From: an uncultured Bacilli bacterium
GTDB lineage: Bacteria > Bacillota_I > Bacilli_A > RF39 > UBA660
Length of the DNA: 64,000 bases
NCBI GenBank assembly: GCA_934098665.1
Contig: CAKOOO010000002.1
Coordinates: forward strand, 20,374-84,373
Direction of reading: 5' to 3'
Part shown: piece by piece, positions 10,597-20,329 of the stretch
How the letters are laid out: each line of letters begins with the position of its first letter
Position numbering within the stretch: the first letter of the stretch is position 1
Notes under the pieces: model-generated
What the model saw: only the letters and a program-made list of their open reading frames with translations
Databases searched by the model: none
Told to the model about the DNA's origin: nothing
Position numbers and translations under genes: made by a program

Positions 10597-10641
10597 TACT
10601 ATAAATAATTATAAACTAAAAATAGTCTAATTTCAATAATT
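10597..10641 (-). promoter_or_regulatory. promoter cassette copy b
   Basis: -35 at 10631-10636 and -10 at 10608-10613 on the minus strand. The 5' UTR down to the ATG matches copy c. Confidence 0.55.
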
Positions 10642-10647
10642 AGGCTA

Positions 10648-12987
10648 TCATTTAATCAAAGGTACTTTACTATTTTCAAGAGTTTCCATTTTTTCTTTTT
10701 CATATAATAAATCAAGATATACACGATAATATTTTTTATATAAATTTTCTAAATAATCTATTATTTCTTTTCCTGATGAAAATAATGAATAATCTATTCC
10801 ATTAAATGTATAAGATGGATCTAAAAGAAGTATTTCTTTTTTTATTTTATCTATTTCACTTAATAACATTTTAATATAACTATTTGTATTTTCTTTTGTT
10901 TTATTATTCATTTCATTTAAGGCATAATTTTTTATATTATCAAGTACATCTATTTTTGATACATTACCACTTACTTTTGTAAGAATAGGAACTAAATAAA
11001 TCCTAAACTTTCTTATAAAACTATTTATATCATTATAATCTATTTCTTTTTTACCACATAAATAATCTATTATATTTTGTTTTTCACTTTCTAAATAAGA
11101 AATAATTTCATTTTTTGTTGTATCATCTTTACTATATTTTAAAATATTTGCTAAAGTATCTAAATCTTTTAAAATTTCATAGTTGGGTTTTACTTCTTCG
11201 CCATTTAGTTTTTTAATCATATTTTCAATTAAATCTAATATATCATAGTAACCAATTTTTTCTTCAAAATTATGATATAAAGTATCTTTATAGTTTTCTA
11301 ATTTTAAAATAGTATTTGTATAAAGCATATTATTTGAGCTTAATGATAAACCTTCACTCACTTTTAAATTACTATTATACTCTAATATAATCTCATTTAC
11401 ATCTTGTTTAACTTGGTTTTTATCAATACCAATATATTCAATGCTCATTATCTCTCTTACTAAATCAAGTATATGCTGTGCCTCTTTTGTAAGTGTTTGA
11501 TTATCACTAATATTTTCTTTCTTTTCAGTTTTATTTATAAAATTAAATTTAACCCAATTATGCTTTTCAAAAAATGATAAAGCTTTTTTTGTATTTATTT
11601 TAGGACCCTCAAAAGTAATATGTGTTGCCCCAATTTTATTAAATAAACTATCATAATTAGCACCATATGATAAGAAATCACAATATGAAAATTTATATAG
11701 TTCATGTTTATAAATAAAATCGATTTTATTATTTGAATATTTGTAATTAATGGCGTTTTTATAATAATTATCTGAAATTTTTGTAAATAAATCTGTAATT
11801 CTTTGTACGTCTTTCAAAAAAGATATAAGTTCTTTTTCACTTGTATAACTAATAGTTAAATATGCTCTACGAAATAAATTACTAGCCGTTTTATTCCCAC
11901 TTAAATAAAGACTTGTAAATAACTTAAAATCACATGGCATTTTAATACTATAAGCACCCCTATATGAATATTTATCTTTTTTACAAAAAACATTATCCTC
12001 TAAAGAAATGGTTTTGGCATTAATATTTATACTTTCAAATATAACATCCATATCTGAAGAAGAAAAATCAAAAGCATGTGATGAAATAAATACATCATCA
12101 CCCTCTATATTAATATTTACCGTAGCTTTTTCTTTAAAAGAATTTTTAAATAACTCTGAAGATGCATTACTAGAAATTACTTTAGCATTTGAAATATTTA
12201 TATCATATTCTTTTTCATCAAGTGAATATAGCTTTCCGTTACTATCCATTACAATTTCACCTTCATAAGGAAGATAAAAACTATTTATTTCATCATATAA
12301 AGTTTCATTGCAAATTTCAATCTTACCAAATATACTATTAATTTTATCATCTAAAATTTCGTTTAGAAAATATTGATTTAAAAAATTATAGCCTTCATAT
12401 TCAAAATCACTAGCTAAAGTATCTGTATAAAAACCTGCAATAATATCTTTACATATTAAAATATTTTTTTCACTATCTTTTTTCCATATAAGTGGTTTTA
12501 CTTTTACAAAAACCTTTACATCATCGCCATTATTTCTCATCCAAAAATAAGCATATTTTTCCCCATTATAAGTAAAAGTTGGAGCTCTTTTCACTTCATC
12601 ATTTACAGGTATGTGATACTCAAAATCCCAACATTTCGAAGCATCTTTTAGTTTGCTAATAAGATGCTTATCATAAATAATTTTGCTCGGATAAAACCCA
12701 AGAGGATATTCATCATTATCTAAATATTTTATAGAGTTTTCTTTTAAAAAAGATTCAATAAAGCCAGTTGTTCTAATAACAGGTCTTATTCCATAATATT
12801 TTTCATCTTTGCCCTTTTCATAAGAAGTTTTTTCTTTTTTACTTACTAAATTTTCACTTATAAAAAAAGTATTATTTTCGCCATAAATATATTTCGTTAA
12901 ATCATTTTGAGTAGCACCATCTTTAAAAGGCTCATCACTAGTTAAAAATGTTACATAAACTCTTTTTTTAATTGCAAAATCATCCAT
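10648..12987 (-). CDS. hypothetical cytoplasmic protein, longer paralog with an extra N-terminal domain
   Basis: 779 aa. The N-terminal ~230 aa contain YYGIRPVIRT and KPLIWKKD, reminiscent of the GVRPVISL module of the surface family. The rest parallels 8925-10583. Confidence 0.7.
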   Translation of the reverse strand: MDDFAIKKRVYVTFLTSDEPFKDGATQNDLTKYIYGENNTFFISENLVSKKEKTSYEKGKDEKYYGIRPVIRTTGFIESFLKENSIKYLDNDEYPLGFYPSKIIYDKHLISKLKDASKCWDFEYHIPVNDEVKRAPTFTYNGEKYAYFWMRNNGDDVKVFVKVKPLIWKKDSEKNILICKDIIAGFYTDTLASDFEYEGYNFLNQYFLNEILDDKINSIFGKIEICNETLYDEINSFYLPYEGEIVMDSNGKLYSLDEKEYDINISNAKVISSNASSELFKNSFKEKATVNINIEGDDVFISSHAFDFSSSDMDVIFESININAKTISLEDNVFCKKDKYSYRGAYSIKMPCDFKLFTSLYLSGNKTASNLFRRAYLTISYTSEKELISFLKDVQRITDLFTKISDNYYKNAINYKYSNNKIDFIYKHELYKFSYCDFLSYGANYDSLFNKIGATHITFEGPKINTKKALSFFEKHNWVKFNFINKTEKKENISDNQTLTKEAQHILDLVREIMSIEYIGIDKNQVKQDVNEIILEYNSNLKVSEGLSLSSNNMLYTNTILKLENYKDTLYHNFEEKIGYYDILDLIENMIKKLNGEEVKPNYEILKDLDTLANILKYSKDDTTKNEIISYLESEKQNIIDYLCGKKEIDYNDINSFIRKFRIYLVPILTKVSGNVSKIDVLDNIKNYALNEMNNKTKENTNSYIKMLLSEIDKIKKEILLLDPSYTFNGIDYSLFSSGKEIIDYLENLYKKYYRVYLDLLYEKEKMETLENSKVPLIK

Positions 12988-13000
12988 ATCTAATACCCTT

Positions 13001-13044
13001 TACTATAACAATTATAATCTAAAAATAGTCTAATTTCAATAATT
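13001..13044 (-). promoter_or_regulatory. promoter cassette copy c
   Basis: -35 at 13034-13039 and -10 at 13011-13016 on the minus strand, with a 17-nt spacer. Confidence 0.55.
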
Positions 13045-13222
13045 AGGCTATTAATAGCAAAATAAAATTTTGTGTATATAATAAAGTATGAATGATTTTT
13101 TTAAACAAATATTAATAATACTTTCTTTTTTAATTATACTTATAATTTTGTTATATCAAATAGCACTTTTTATTATATTTCCATTTAAAAATAACTTATT
13201 TATATTAAAATTAATAATTGCT

Positions 13223-14119
13223 TTAATTTTCATCTTCATTATTTTCATAATATGGTTTAATTAATTTTTCTGTTTTATATAAATAAGTAATCATATTGTG
13301 CATGTTTACAGTTTTATTAATTTCTCCTTCAGTGGGAATAACTTTCAAAGGAAGACTTATCATAATAAAAAGTAATTTTTTTTCTTCCTCAAGAAGTGGA
13401 AAACACTCTAGATATTCTTTTAAAAATGCAGAAAAATCATAATTTAGATATTCATTATGATATAAATTAATTATATCAAATATTGGACTATCTATTTTAT
13501 AATTATCCCAACTTATTAAATATTTTCCATCTTTATTTTCTATAAAATGATCCATTTTTATATTATTATGAACTACCGCTACTCTAGCAGTATCTTTATC
13601 CTTAATAATTTCATAAAAACTATCAAGCTCATCTTTGCAAAATTTTAAACTAGAATCAATTTTATAATAATTACGGCAAAACAAATAATCACTAGGGCTT
13701 TGATATTCTATAGAAATTGCCTTTAGAAATATACTTTGAAAATATGAACTTAAATATTTAATATTATTATCTATTTGTTCATATATTTCTTTATAATTAT
13801 CTTTACTTACATTTTTAAAATAAACAGTTTTATTATGAAGTGATGCTATAGTATCCGCTAAATCAATAAGTTTTTGTTCATCAAATATTTTTTCATCTTC
13901 AACATATTCAAATAAATTTTCTTTATCACGAAAGTTTTTTATAAGTGAAGGAAAATTATTAAAACCTCTATTATTTAAATAATTAAATAACGTATAAAGC
14001 TCTTTATTTTCTTTTTTTAATACATAATTTCCTGATGTTGATGAAATTATTGTAGAATTACCCATTTTAGTTATTTTATATGGTTTATACTCACTTATTA
14101 CACGGTTTAAATTATTCAT
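13223..14119 (-). CDS. ysxE: CotS/YsxE-like spore coat kinase-fold protein
   Basis: 298 aa immediately downstream of a SpoVID-like gene (Bacillus spoVID-ysxE synteny). HNNIKMDHF and SWDNYKIDSPIFD resemble the phosphotransferase catalytic loop and DxD motif. Confidence 0.6.
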   Translation of the reverse strand: MNNLNRVISEYKPYKITKMGNSTIISSTSGNYVLKKENKELYTLFNYLNNRGFNNFPSLIKNFRDKENLFEYVEDEKIFDEQKLIDLADTIASLHNKTVYFKNVSKDNYKEIYEQIDNNIKYLSSYFQSIFLKAISIEYQSPSDYLFCRNYYKIDSSLKFCKDELDSFYEIIKDKDTARVAVVHNNIKMDHFIENKDGKYLISWDNYKIDSPIFDIINLYHNEYLNYDFSAFLKEYLECFPLLEEEKKLLFIMISLPLKVIPTEGEINKTVNMHNMITYLYKTEKLIKPYYENNEDEN

Positions 14120-14711
14120 TTATAGGTATTAATAATTTATCATTTACATTTACATTAGTAATATTATTAATATTTAATATCTCTTCTTTTGAAAGACCAT
14201 ATAAAGTGCAAATACTTTCAATAGTTTCAGTTTCTTTTACAATATGTAAATGATACATCATATAGTCATCTTTAGCCTCTATATTTGAAATAATATCTTT
14301 TTCTTCACCAGTAGTTTTATCTTCAACTTTTTCATTATCTTCTAAAATAGGTAGAGTTTCTTCATCAACTTTTTCAAATCTTACTTCCTCTTTTTTATCT
14401 TCACCAGTTATAACATAATCAATTTTAATATCTAAATCATTATCTTTTAGATCATAAGTAAAATTATCAATAGTAAACTCTATTGTATTTAAATCTACTC
14501 TATCAGAAATATCCACTGAAAAAGGTAATGTAAAATTAAATGGTGTTTTATTTATAGATAATTCATGTTCTTTATAACTTCCAGATATTAAAAAGTTTCC
14601 TAATATTTCACCTTCATTTTTTGTAAATTCGTGTTCTAAAGAAATACTTGATATTTCACATGCATTTGAATTAAATTTAACTTTCTTTTCAAACGGTATT
14701 ATTAATTTCAT
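14112..14711 (-). CDS. spoVID: SpoVID-like spore coat morphogenetic protein with C-terminal LysM
   Basis: C-terminal YHLHIVKETETIESICTLYGLSKEEILNINNI...DKLLIP is a LysM repeat. Acidic middle region. Synteny with ysxE. Confidence 0.55.
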   Translation of the reverse strand: MKLIIPFEKKVKFNSNACEISSISLEHEFTKNEGEILGNFLISGSYKEHELSINKTPFNFTLPFSVDISDRVDLNTIEFTIDNFTYDLKDNDLDIKIDYVITGEDKKEEVRFEKVDEETLPILEDNEKVEDKTTGEEKDIISNIEAKDDYMMYHLHIVKETETIESICTLYGLSKEEILNINNITNVNVNDKLLIPINE

Positions 14712-14759
14712 AAAAAATCATCTCCTACAAAAGTGTATGAAGATGATCAAAAAATATTC

Positions 14760-15203
14760 CTATTTATTTTTACTATCTATCATAATAGTTATAGGCCCAT
14801 CATTATTAATATTAACTAGCATTTCTTCGCCAAAAATACCAGTTTGCACCTGTACATGATTTTCAAGTTTTTGAATAAATCTTTCATATAAAGGTTTTGC
14901 TATATCTTTTTTGGCAGCATTTACATAACTTGGTCTATTACCTTTTTTAGTATCGGCCATTAATGTAAACTGACTTATAAGAAGAACTTTACCACTCGTA
15001 TCAAGTATGCTTTTATTCATAACACCTTTTTCATCATCAAAAATACGTAAACTAACTATTTTATTTACTAAATAATCAATGTCTTTTTCATCATCACTAT
15101 AAGTAATTCCAAGAAAAACCACAAGTCCAAAGGGAATTTGACCTACTACATCGCCTTTTACTTTAACACACGAATTTTTACTTCTTTGAATTAATACTTT
15201 CAT
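14760..15203 (-). CDS. dtd: D-aminoacyl-tRNA deacylase
   Basis: 147 aa. MKVLIQR...SQFTLMADTKKGNRPS. Sits downstream of rel, as in Bacillus. Confidence 0.9.
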   Translation of the reverse strand: MKVLIQRSKNSCVKVKGDVVGQIPFGLVVFLGITYSDDEKDIDYLVNKIVSLRIFDDEKGVMNKSILDTSGKVLLISQFTLMADTKKGNRPSYVNAAKKDIAKPLYERFIQKLENHVQVQTGIFGEEMLVNINNDGPITIMIDSKNK

Positions 15204-17281
15204 ACTCTTTTTACATCCTTTACATAGCGTAGTTTAGAAACATTTTTTATAATGTTTTGTACATCATTTACATTTGTTACTTTTACTTTAACCATATAAT
15301 TTACATCATCCATTAAATCAATAGAAATAATATATACTTTAGGAATTGATACTTTAGCAATAATATCAGATAGTTTATTTTTATTAGAACTTATAGTTAT
15401 TTTAATTTTACATATATAATCATTATTTACATTGTCTATCCATTTAGCACTAACTTTTTTATCACTAGAAATAATATTTTCACAAGTTTTTAAATGAACA
15501 GAAATACCATCATTTTTAGTAATTACACCAACAATATCATCACCTTTAACTGGACTACAACATTTAGCTAAATGAGTAAGAATAGATACTTTACCATCAA
15601 TTAAAATATCACTACCTGATTTAACTGTAATATTTTTAGGTTTTACTATTTCCTCTTCTTTAGGCATTATAATATTTATAATATGAGTTACTGTAAGTTT
15701 ATAAGAACCTACCGCAAAATAAAGATCCTCAATATCCTTGAGTTTACACTCATTTAATATTTTAGTTAAATTTTCATTTGATAAAACTTCATTTATGGAT
15801 ATTTTTTTCTTACGTAATTCTTTTTCAAAAATAGTTTTTCCTCTTGAAATAAATTCTTTTTTATCTATTTTAGAAAAATAAGCTTTTATTTTATCTTTTG
15901 CTTGAGTTGTTTTAACAATATTTAACCACTCTTTTGATGGAGTACTATTTGGGTTTGTTAATATTTTACATATATCACCATCATGTAAAGCCCCGTTAAT
16001 GGGCATTACAGCCTCATTTACAATAGCACCAGTCATTGTATCACCAACTTTTGAGTGAACTTTATATGCAAAATCAATTGGTGTAGAATTTTCAGGAAGC
16101 TCTATCACATCACCTTTCGGAGTAAATACATATATAACATTTCCTAATATATCACGATTTACTCTTTCATTAAATATTTCATCATCTTCATTTTCAGCAT
16201 TTTCAATTATTGAACGATATAGTTCAAGTTTAGTTTCCATATAAGTTTGAATTTTTTTTGTGCCTTTTTCTTTATATGACCAATGTGAGGCAATACCTTT
16301 TTCCGCGATTTCATCCATTTCATAAGTTCTTACTTGAATTTCATAAAATCTTCCTCCAGGACCAAATACCGTTGTATGTAAACTTTGATACATATTTTCT
16401 TTAGGAAGAGCTATATAATCTTTAAATCTCGATGGTATTGGTCTAAATTTTGAATGAATTAAACCTATTACTTGATAGCAATCACTTTCTTTATCGACAA
16501 ATATTCTTAAAGCAAGAATATCATATATATCATCCCATTTTTTGCCATTATTAAGTTTATTATATATACTATAAACACTTTTAACACGGCCCTTTATTTC
16601 AAACTTTATTTCATTTTGATTTAATAAATCACAAATACTTTCTTGCATTTCCACTAAATAATCATTTAAATCATCAACTGTATCATTAAGTTTTTCTAAA
16701 ATATCATTATATACATCTGGTTTTAAATAATATAAACATAAATTTTCAAGTTCACTTTTAATAGAGTTTATACCAAGTCTATGAGCAATTGGTACAAGAA
16801 CTGAAAGTGTTTCATTAGCAACTTTTTTTTGTCTTTCAGGACTTAAAGCTGAAAAAGTTCGCATATTATGAAGACGGTCCGCAAGTTTAATGAAAAGTAC
16901 TCTTACATCTTCACTTAAACCTACCATAACTTTTCTTAAATACATCGCCGCGTTATCAGAGTCATCTACCATATCTAAATGATTTATTTTAGAAAGTGAG
17001 GAAATTATTTTATATGTATCCTCGCCAAAAAGTGATATTATCTCTTTTGGATTAATATCATTAAAATCAAGTACGCTATGAAGTATTGCACAAATAATAG
17101 TTTCTTTAGAAACATTTAAATCAAGTAAAATATTAGCAACCTCAAGACAATGAGATATTTCTGTATCACCATTTTTACGCATTACGCCAGAAAGTTTTTC
17201 ATTTGCATATTCATATGCCTTTTTTACATCCATTATATCATCAGGATTTTTAAGTTTATTTAGTATTACATCAATTTTCAT
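15200..17281 (-). CDS. relA: RelA/SpoT-family (p)ppGpp synthetase with a degenerate hydrolase HD motif
   Basis: Synthetase motifs RVKSVYSIYNKL, YQSLHTTV and EIQVRTYEMDEIAEKGIASHWSYKE, plus TGS and ACT-like C-terminus. Start moved to the ATG at 17281, which is 6 nt after AGGTG. Confidence 0.9.
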   Translation of the reverse strand: MKIDVILNKLKNPDDIMDVKKAYEYANEKLSGVMRKNGDTEISHCLEVANILLDLNVSKETIICAILHSVLDFNDINPKEIISLFGEDTYKIISSLSKINHLDMVDDSDNAAMYLRKVMVGLSEDVRVLFIKLADRLHNMRTFSALSPERQKKVANETLSVLVPIAHRLGINSIKSELENLCLYYLKPDVYNDILEKLNDTVDDLNDYLVEMQESICDLLNQNEIKFEIKGRVKSVYSIYNKLNNGKKWDDIYDILALRIFVDKESDCYQVIGLIHSKFRPIPSRFKDYIALPKENMYQSLHTTVFGPGGRFYEIQVRTYEMDEIAEKGIASHWSYKEKGTKKIQTYMETKLELYRSIIENAENEDDEIFNERVNRDILGNVIYVFTPKGDVIELPENSTPIDFAYKVHSKVGDTMTGAIVNEAVMPINGALHDGDICKILTNPNSTPSKEWLNIVKTTQAKDKIKAYFSKIDKKEFISRGKTIFEKELRKKKISINEVLSNENLTKILNECKLKDIEDLYFAVGSYKLTVTHIINIIMPKEEEIVKPKNITVKSGSDILIDGKVSILTHLAKCCSPVKGDDIVGVITKNDGISVHLKTCENIISSDKKVSAKWIDNVNNDYICKIKITISSNKNKLSDIIAKVSIPKVYIISIDLMDDVNYMVKVKVTNVNDVQNIIKNVSKLRYVKDVKRV

Positions 17282-17507
17282 TTTCATCACCTGTAAAATC
17301 GTCTTTAGAAAGAGAAAGTATATCACTTACCATATCATATAATGTAAGACGTGAAGAATTAACCCATTTATTTTCTTTTAAATAGTTCCAAAGCTTAATT
17401 TCACTTACAACTACTCCATCATTTTTAAGTTCTATTACTTTTGTATTAAATGCTGGATAAAGTCTATTAAATAATTCATTTAAACTTTCAAATTTTATTT
17501 CTTCCAT
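17271..17507 (-). CDS. ComN-like post-transcriptional regulator family protein
   Basis: 78 aa. LNELFNRLYPAFNTKV...IKLWNYL resembles the small ComN/YrzD family. Confidence 0.45.
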   Translation of the reverse strand: MEEIKFESLNELFNRLYPAFNTKVIELKNDGVVVSEIKLWNYLKENKWVNSSRLTLYDMVSDILSLSKDDFTGDENEN

Positions 17508-17567
17508 AACACATTTTCTTTCTATAATTATTTTACTAAAAGTTTTAATAAATGTCTATAAATTAAA

Positions 17568-19238
17568 TTATATTTTTAAAGCATTATTATTTATTTTAGA
17601 ATTTAAAAAACTATCTATTTTAAGAGAACTTTCATGTAAAAATAAATAAAAATCATATATAGTTACACTTATTTTGAAATTTAATTTATCTTCATAAATA
17701 TCTTCGAAAATAATTAATGAATTATTTATTGAGTTATCAAGATTAATTTTATAATTTCCATGAGCAATACTATTTCTTATTCCTTCGATTAATTTTTCTT
17801 TTTTAATTAAATCAACATTATTATTAATATACATTGTAGCATTAAATAAATCATTATTAACACTACCTAAATCATTATTAAGAATTATTATTTTAGAATT
17901 AATAGTATTTATTGTAAGATTAATTTTATTTTCAGCATCCTTTATTCCCTTTGACTTAACTATATTTAAATTATTTTGACAACTTACAAGAGAATTATTA
18001 AGTTTAATAAGCTCTTTATTTATTGCATCTTTTCTCATTACTAAATCATTTAAAAAATTATCATAGTTTTTTTCAATTTCAATATTAAATTTTGAAAAGT
18101 CAAGCAAACTATAATCAAAACCATTACTAGGATAGTTTTTATATTCAAAATCATTTTTATATACATCATCAAAACCATATGAAAAAAGTGCATTAAATGA
18201 GTTAATTAAAGAACTTGATAAATTATCATAATTAAGCATCATTTGACCATATTTATTATACACATATTTAAAAATAATATCTTTATTAACACTATCAGTA
18301 TTTTTTATAGACTCAAGGATAATAAGATTTCTTGTATTAGAATTAACTAAATTAAATTTAGAAAATTTTTCAGGATTACATAACCTTTCTACTTCATATC
18401 CTGTTATCCCAAGAGCAATTTTATATGGAATATTTGGCTGAATAGAATTGCTTAAAAATACCGCTAAAGAATTTACATCAATTATTTTACTTACATTTTT
18501 TTCAGTCCATGATAAAGTATAATAATCACTTATTTCTTTTTCAAAATTAACAAGTATTTTTTTATCTTTTTTTTCTTTATACTCAGCCCATACATTTTCT
18601 AGTTTTTTAGATATATACCCCTCGATATTTTTACCATCTTTTCTTTTTATAGTAATTTCATTTAATTTATAAGATTTAATAAAACTTTCATAATCTTTTA
18701 CACTATATTTTTCTTTATCTTTACCATTATTTAGGTTTGAACAAACAAAACTTTTTTTTAATTCATTTTGATTATAATTTTTAATACTTGAGGATAATGA
18801 AGATATAACGAATCTAGCAAGTTTTTGAATATTTATTACTAAATCACTTCCATTAACTTTTAGAATAATGCGATCATGATTTAGATCAAGAAGATACTCT
18901 CCATGAGCAAGTTTATTTCGAAGTGTTACCACAAGTTCATATTCATTTACAAAATGATAGTTATTTATATAGTAACCATTTTCATCTTTTAAAGCTATTA
19001 AACTAACATTTTTTTCAAGTTCTTTTTCATTTATTAAAAAATTACCACCTTTATCTACAATATTTTCTTTTGTACTTAAAAATATAGTTGATATAGCTCC
19101 AACCATTGCTCCACTTATATATTTTTTATCTAAAATTTCATTAATATATCTTGGGTCATTACAAAATAAACCCATTAAAAATAAATTATAGGCATAATTA
19201 GCACAAAAATAATCTATTATATAATTTTCTTTATTCAT
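17568..19238 (-). CDS. tandem-HEPN protein (two Rx4H motifs), putative RNase/defense effector
   Basis: RNKLAHGEY is encoded at 18903-18920 and RNSIAHGNY at 17760-17777, about 380 aa apart, with a coiled-coil-like N-rich segment before the second motif. Confidence 0.6.
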   Translation of the reverse strand: MNKENYIIDYFCANYAYNLFLMGLFCNDPRYINEILDKKYISGAMVGAISTIFLSTKENIVDKGGNFLINEKELEKNVSLIALKDENGYYINNYHFVNEYELVVTLRNKLAHGEYLLDLNHDRIILKVNGSDLVINIQKLARFVISSLSSSIKNYNQNELKKSFVCSNLNNGKDKEKYSVKDYESFIKSYKLNEITIKRKDGKNIEGYISKKLENVWAEYKEKKDKKILVNFEKEISDYYTLSWTEKNVSKIIDVNSLAVFLSNSIQPNIPYKIALGITGYEVERLCNPEKFSKFNLVNSNTRNLIILESIKNTDSVNKDIIFKYVYNKYGQMMLNYDNLSSSLINSFNALFSYGFDDVYKNDFEYKNYPSNGFDYSLLDFSKFNIEIEKNYDNFLNDLVMRKDAINKELIKLNNSLVSCQNNLNIVKSKGIKDAENKINLTINTINSKIIILNNDLGSVNNDLFNATMYINNNVDLIKKEKLIEGIRNSIAHGNYKINLDNSINNSLIIFEDIYEDKLNFKISVTIYDFYLFLHESSLKIDSFLNSKINNNALKI

Positions 19239-19249
19239 TTTTACCTCTA

Positions 19250-19675
19250 TTATTTTAAATATCTTTTATTTATTTTATTTTTAATAATTTTTATTAAAGA
19301 AAGTACATATGATCCTAAAAGAAAAAGTATTATAATAAGCATAATATAACCATCTTTCTTATTTAAAATAGAGTAAACCCAATAAATTAAAAATGCTATT
19401 AAACATGAAAGAATATAAACTGAAAATATGAACTTTAAATTAGAAAAAAATTTATCACTAGCTTTCTCATTATAAATAGAAATTATAAAGGCAAATACCA
19501 TATAAGTTACAAGTAATAAAACACCTGTTACAAAAATAAAAATAAATTTTACAATGCCTTTGAAAGAAATAAAAGACATAAAAAGTTTATATATACCAAA
19601 AAACATTAAAAACATAATAATTATTAAAATTAAAGTTAAAATTATTTTAAATATCTTCTTTATCATAAACATCAA
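19250..19675 (-). CDS. small four-TM membrane protein
   Basis: 141 aa, strongly hydrophobic. Lies 11 nt upstream of the HEPN gene. Confidence 0.55.
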   Translation of the reverse strand: MMFMIKKIFKIILTLILIIIMFLMFFGIYKLFMSFISFKGIVKFIFIFVTGVLLLVTYMVFAFIISIYNEKASDKFFSNLKFIFSVYILSCLIAFLIYWVYSILNKKDGYIMLIIILFLLGSYVLSLIKIIKNKINKRYLK

Positions 19676-19713
19676 TTATAGAATATCATAATTTATAAAC
19701 TAATTTCAATACA

Positions 19714-20235
19714 TTAATCATTTTTTAAAATTCTTTTTTCAATTTTTTCTTTATTAATTTTTTCAATATAAAAATATATAGTTCTTAAATTTATATAACT
19801 AGTTTTATATAAAACATTTAATATTCCCACTATATTTTTAGCATTTATATAAACTTTCATTTCATTAATTAACTTTTCATCTTTAACATATTTTAAAAAT
19901 ATATTATAAAATTTATTCATAATAATTTTATCATTAACATTTTCAATAAAAAATTCGTCAATAGATAAATTATCTTCTTTAGTAAGTACTTTAAATCTAA
20001 AATTTTTATCATTAATTATACATAATGAACCATTTAAAAAATTTTCAGGAAGTAAGTTATTTATTAAAATTAAATTCATAATTTCTTCATAAGTATATTT
20101 TTTAGTAAACATATCAATATTTTCAATACTGTTATATTGATATCCATATGTTTTTTCTAATATATTTATATCTATAGGCATAAACTCTTTAGGTCTTGCT
20201 TCCACCACTAGATAATATACTTCTTTTTTATCCAT
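19714..20235 (-). CDS. hypothetical protein, first gene of the HEPN operon
   Basis: Start moved to M18 of the track ORF, which has GGAAGTGA 4 nt upstream. No motif recognised. Confidence 0.5.
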   Translation of the reverse strand: MDKKEVYYLVVEARPKEFMPIDINILEKTYGYQYNSIENIDMFTKKYTYEEIMNLILINNLLPENFLNGSLCIINDKNFRFKVLTKEDNLSIDEFFIENVNDKIIMNKFYNIFLKYVKDEKLINEMKVYINAKNIVGILNVLYKTSYINLRTIYFYIEKINKEKIEKRILKND

Positions 20236-20263
20236 AAAATCACTTCCTTTTAGATAAGGTAAC

Positions 20264-20293
20264 ATCATATCATAATTTTTTACCATGTGTCAA
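20264..20293 (-). promoter_or_regulatory. candidate sigma-70-type promoter of the HEPN operon
   Basis: On the minus strand, TTGACA (20288-20293), an 18-nt spacer and TATGAT (20264-20269). Confidence 0.4.
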
Positions 20294-20301
20294 TAGAGCA
20301 T

Positions 20302-20329
20302 AAAAAAATGATGAAATATTTCATCATTT
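20302..20329 (-). terminator. rho-independent terminator of surface protein gene A
   Basis: Perfect palindrome aaatgatgaaa-ta-tttcatcattt followed by a U-run on the minus strand. Confidence 0.65.

Noticed and set aside
8882-13044. Three copies of a ~45-nt repeat, considered as a possible CRISPR-like or REP-type array.
   Set aside because: The spacing is 1.7-2.4 kb. Each copy sits exactly at a gene 5' end and reads as a consensus -35/-10 promoter. There are no short regular spacers and no cas genes.
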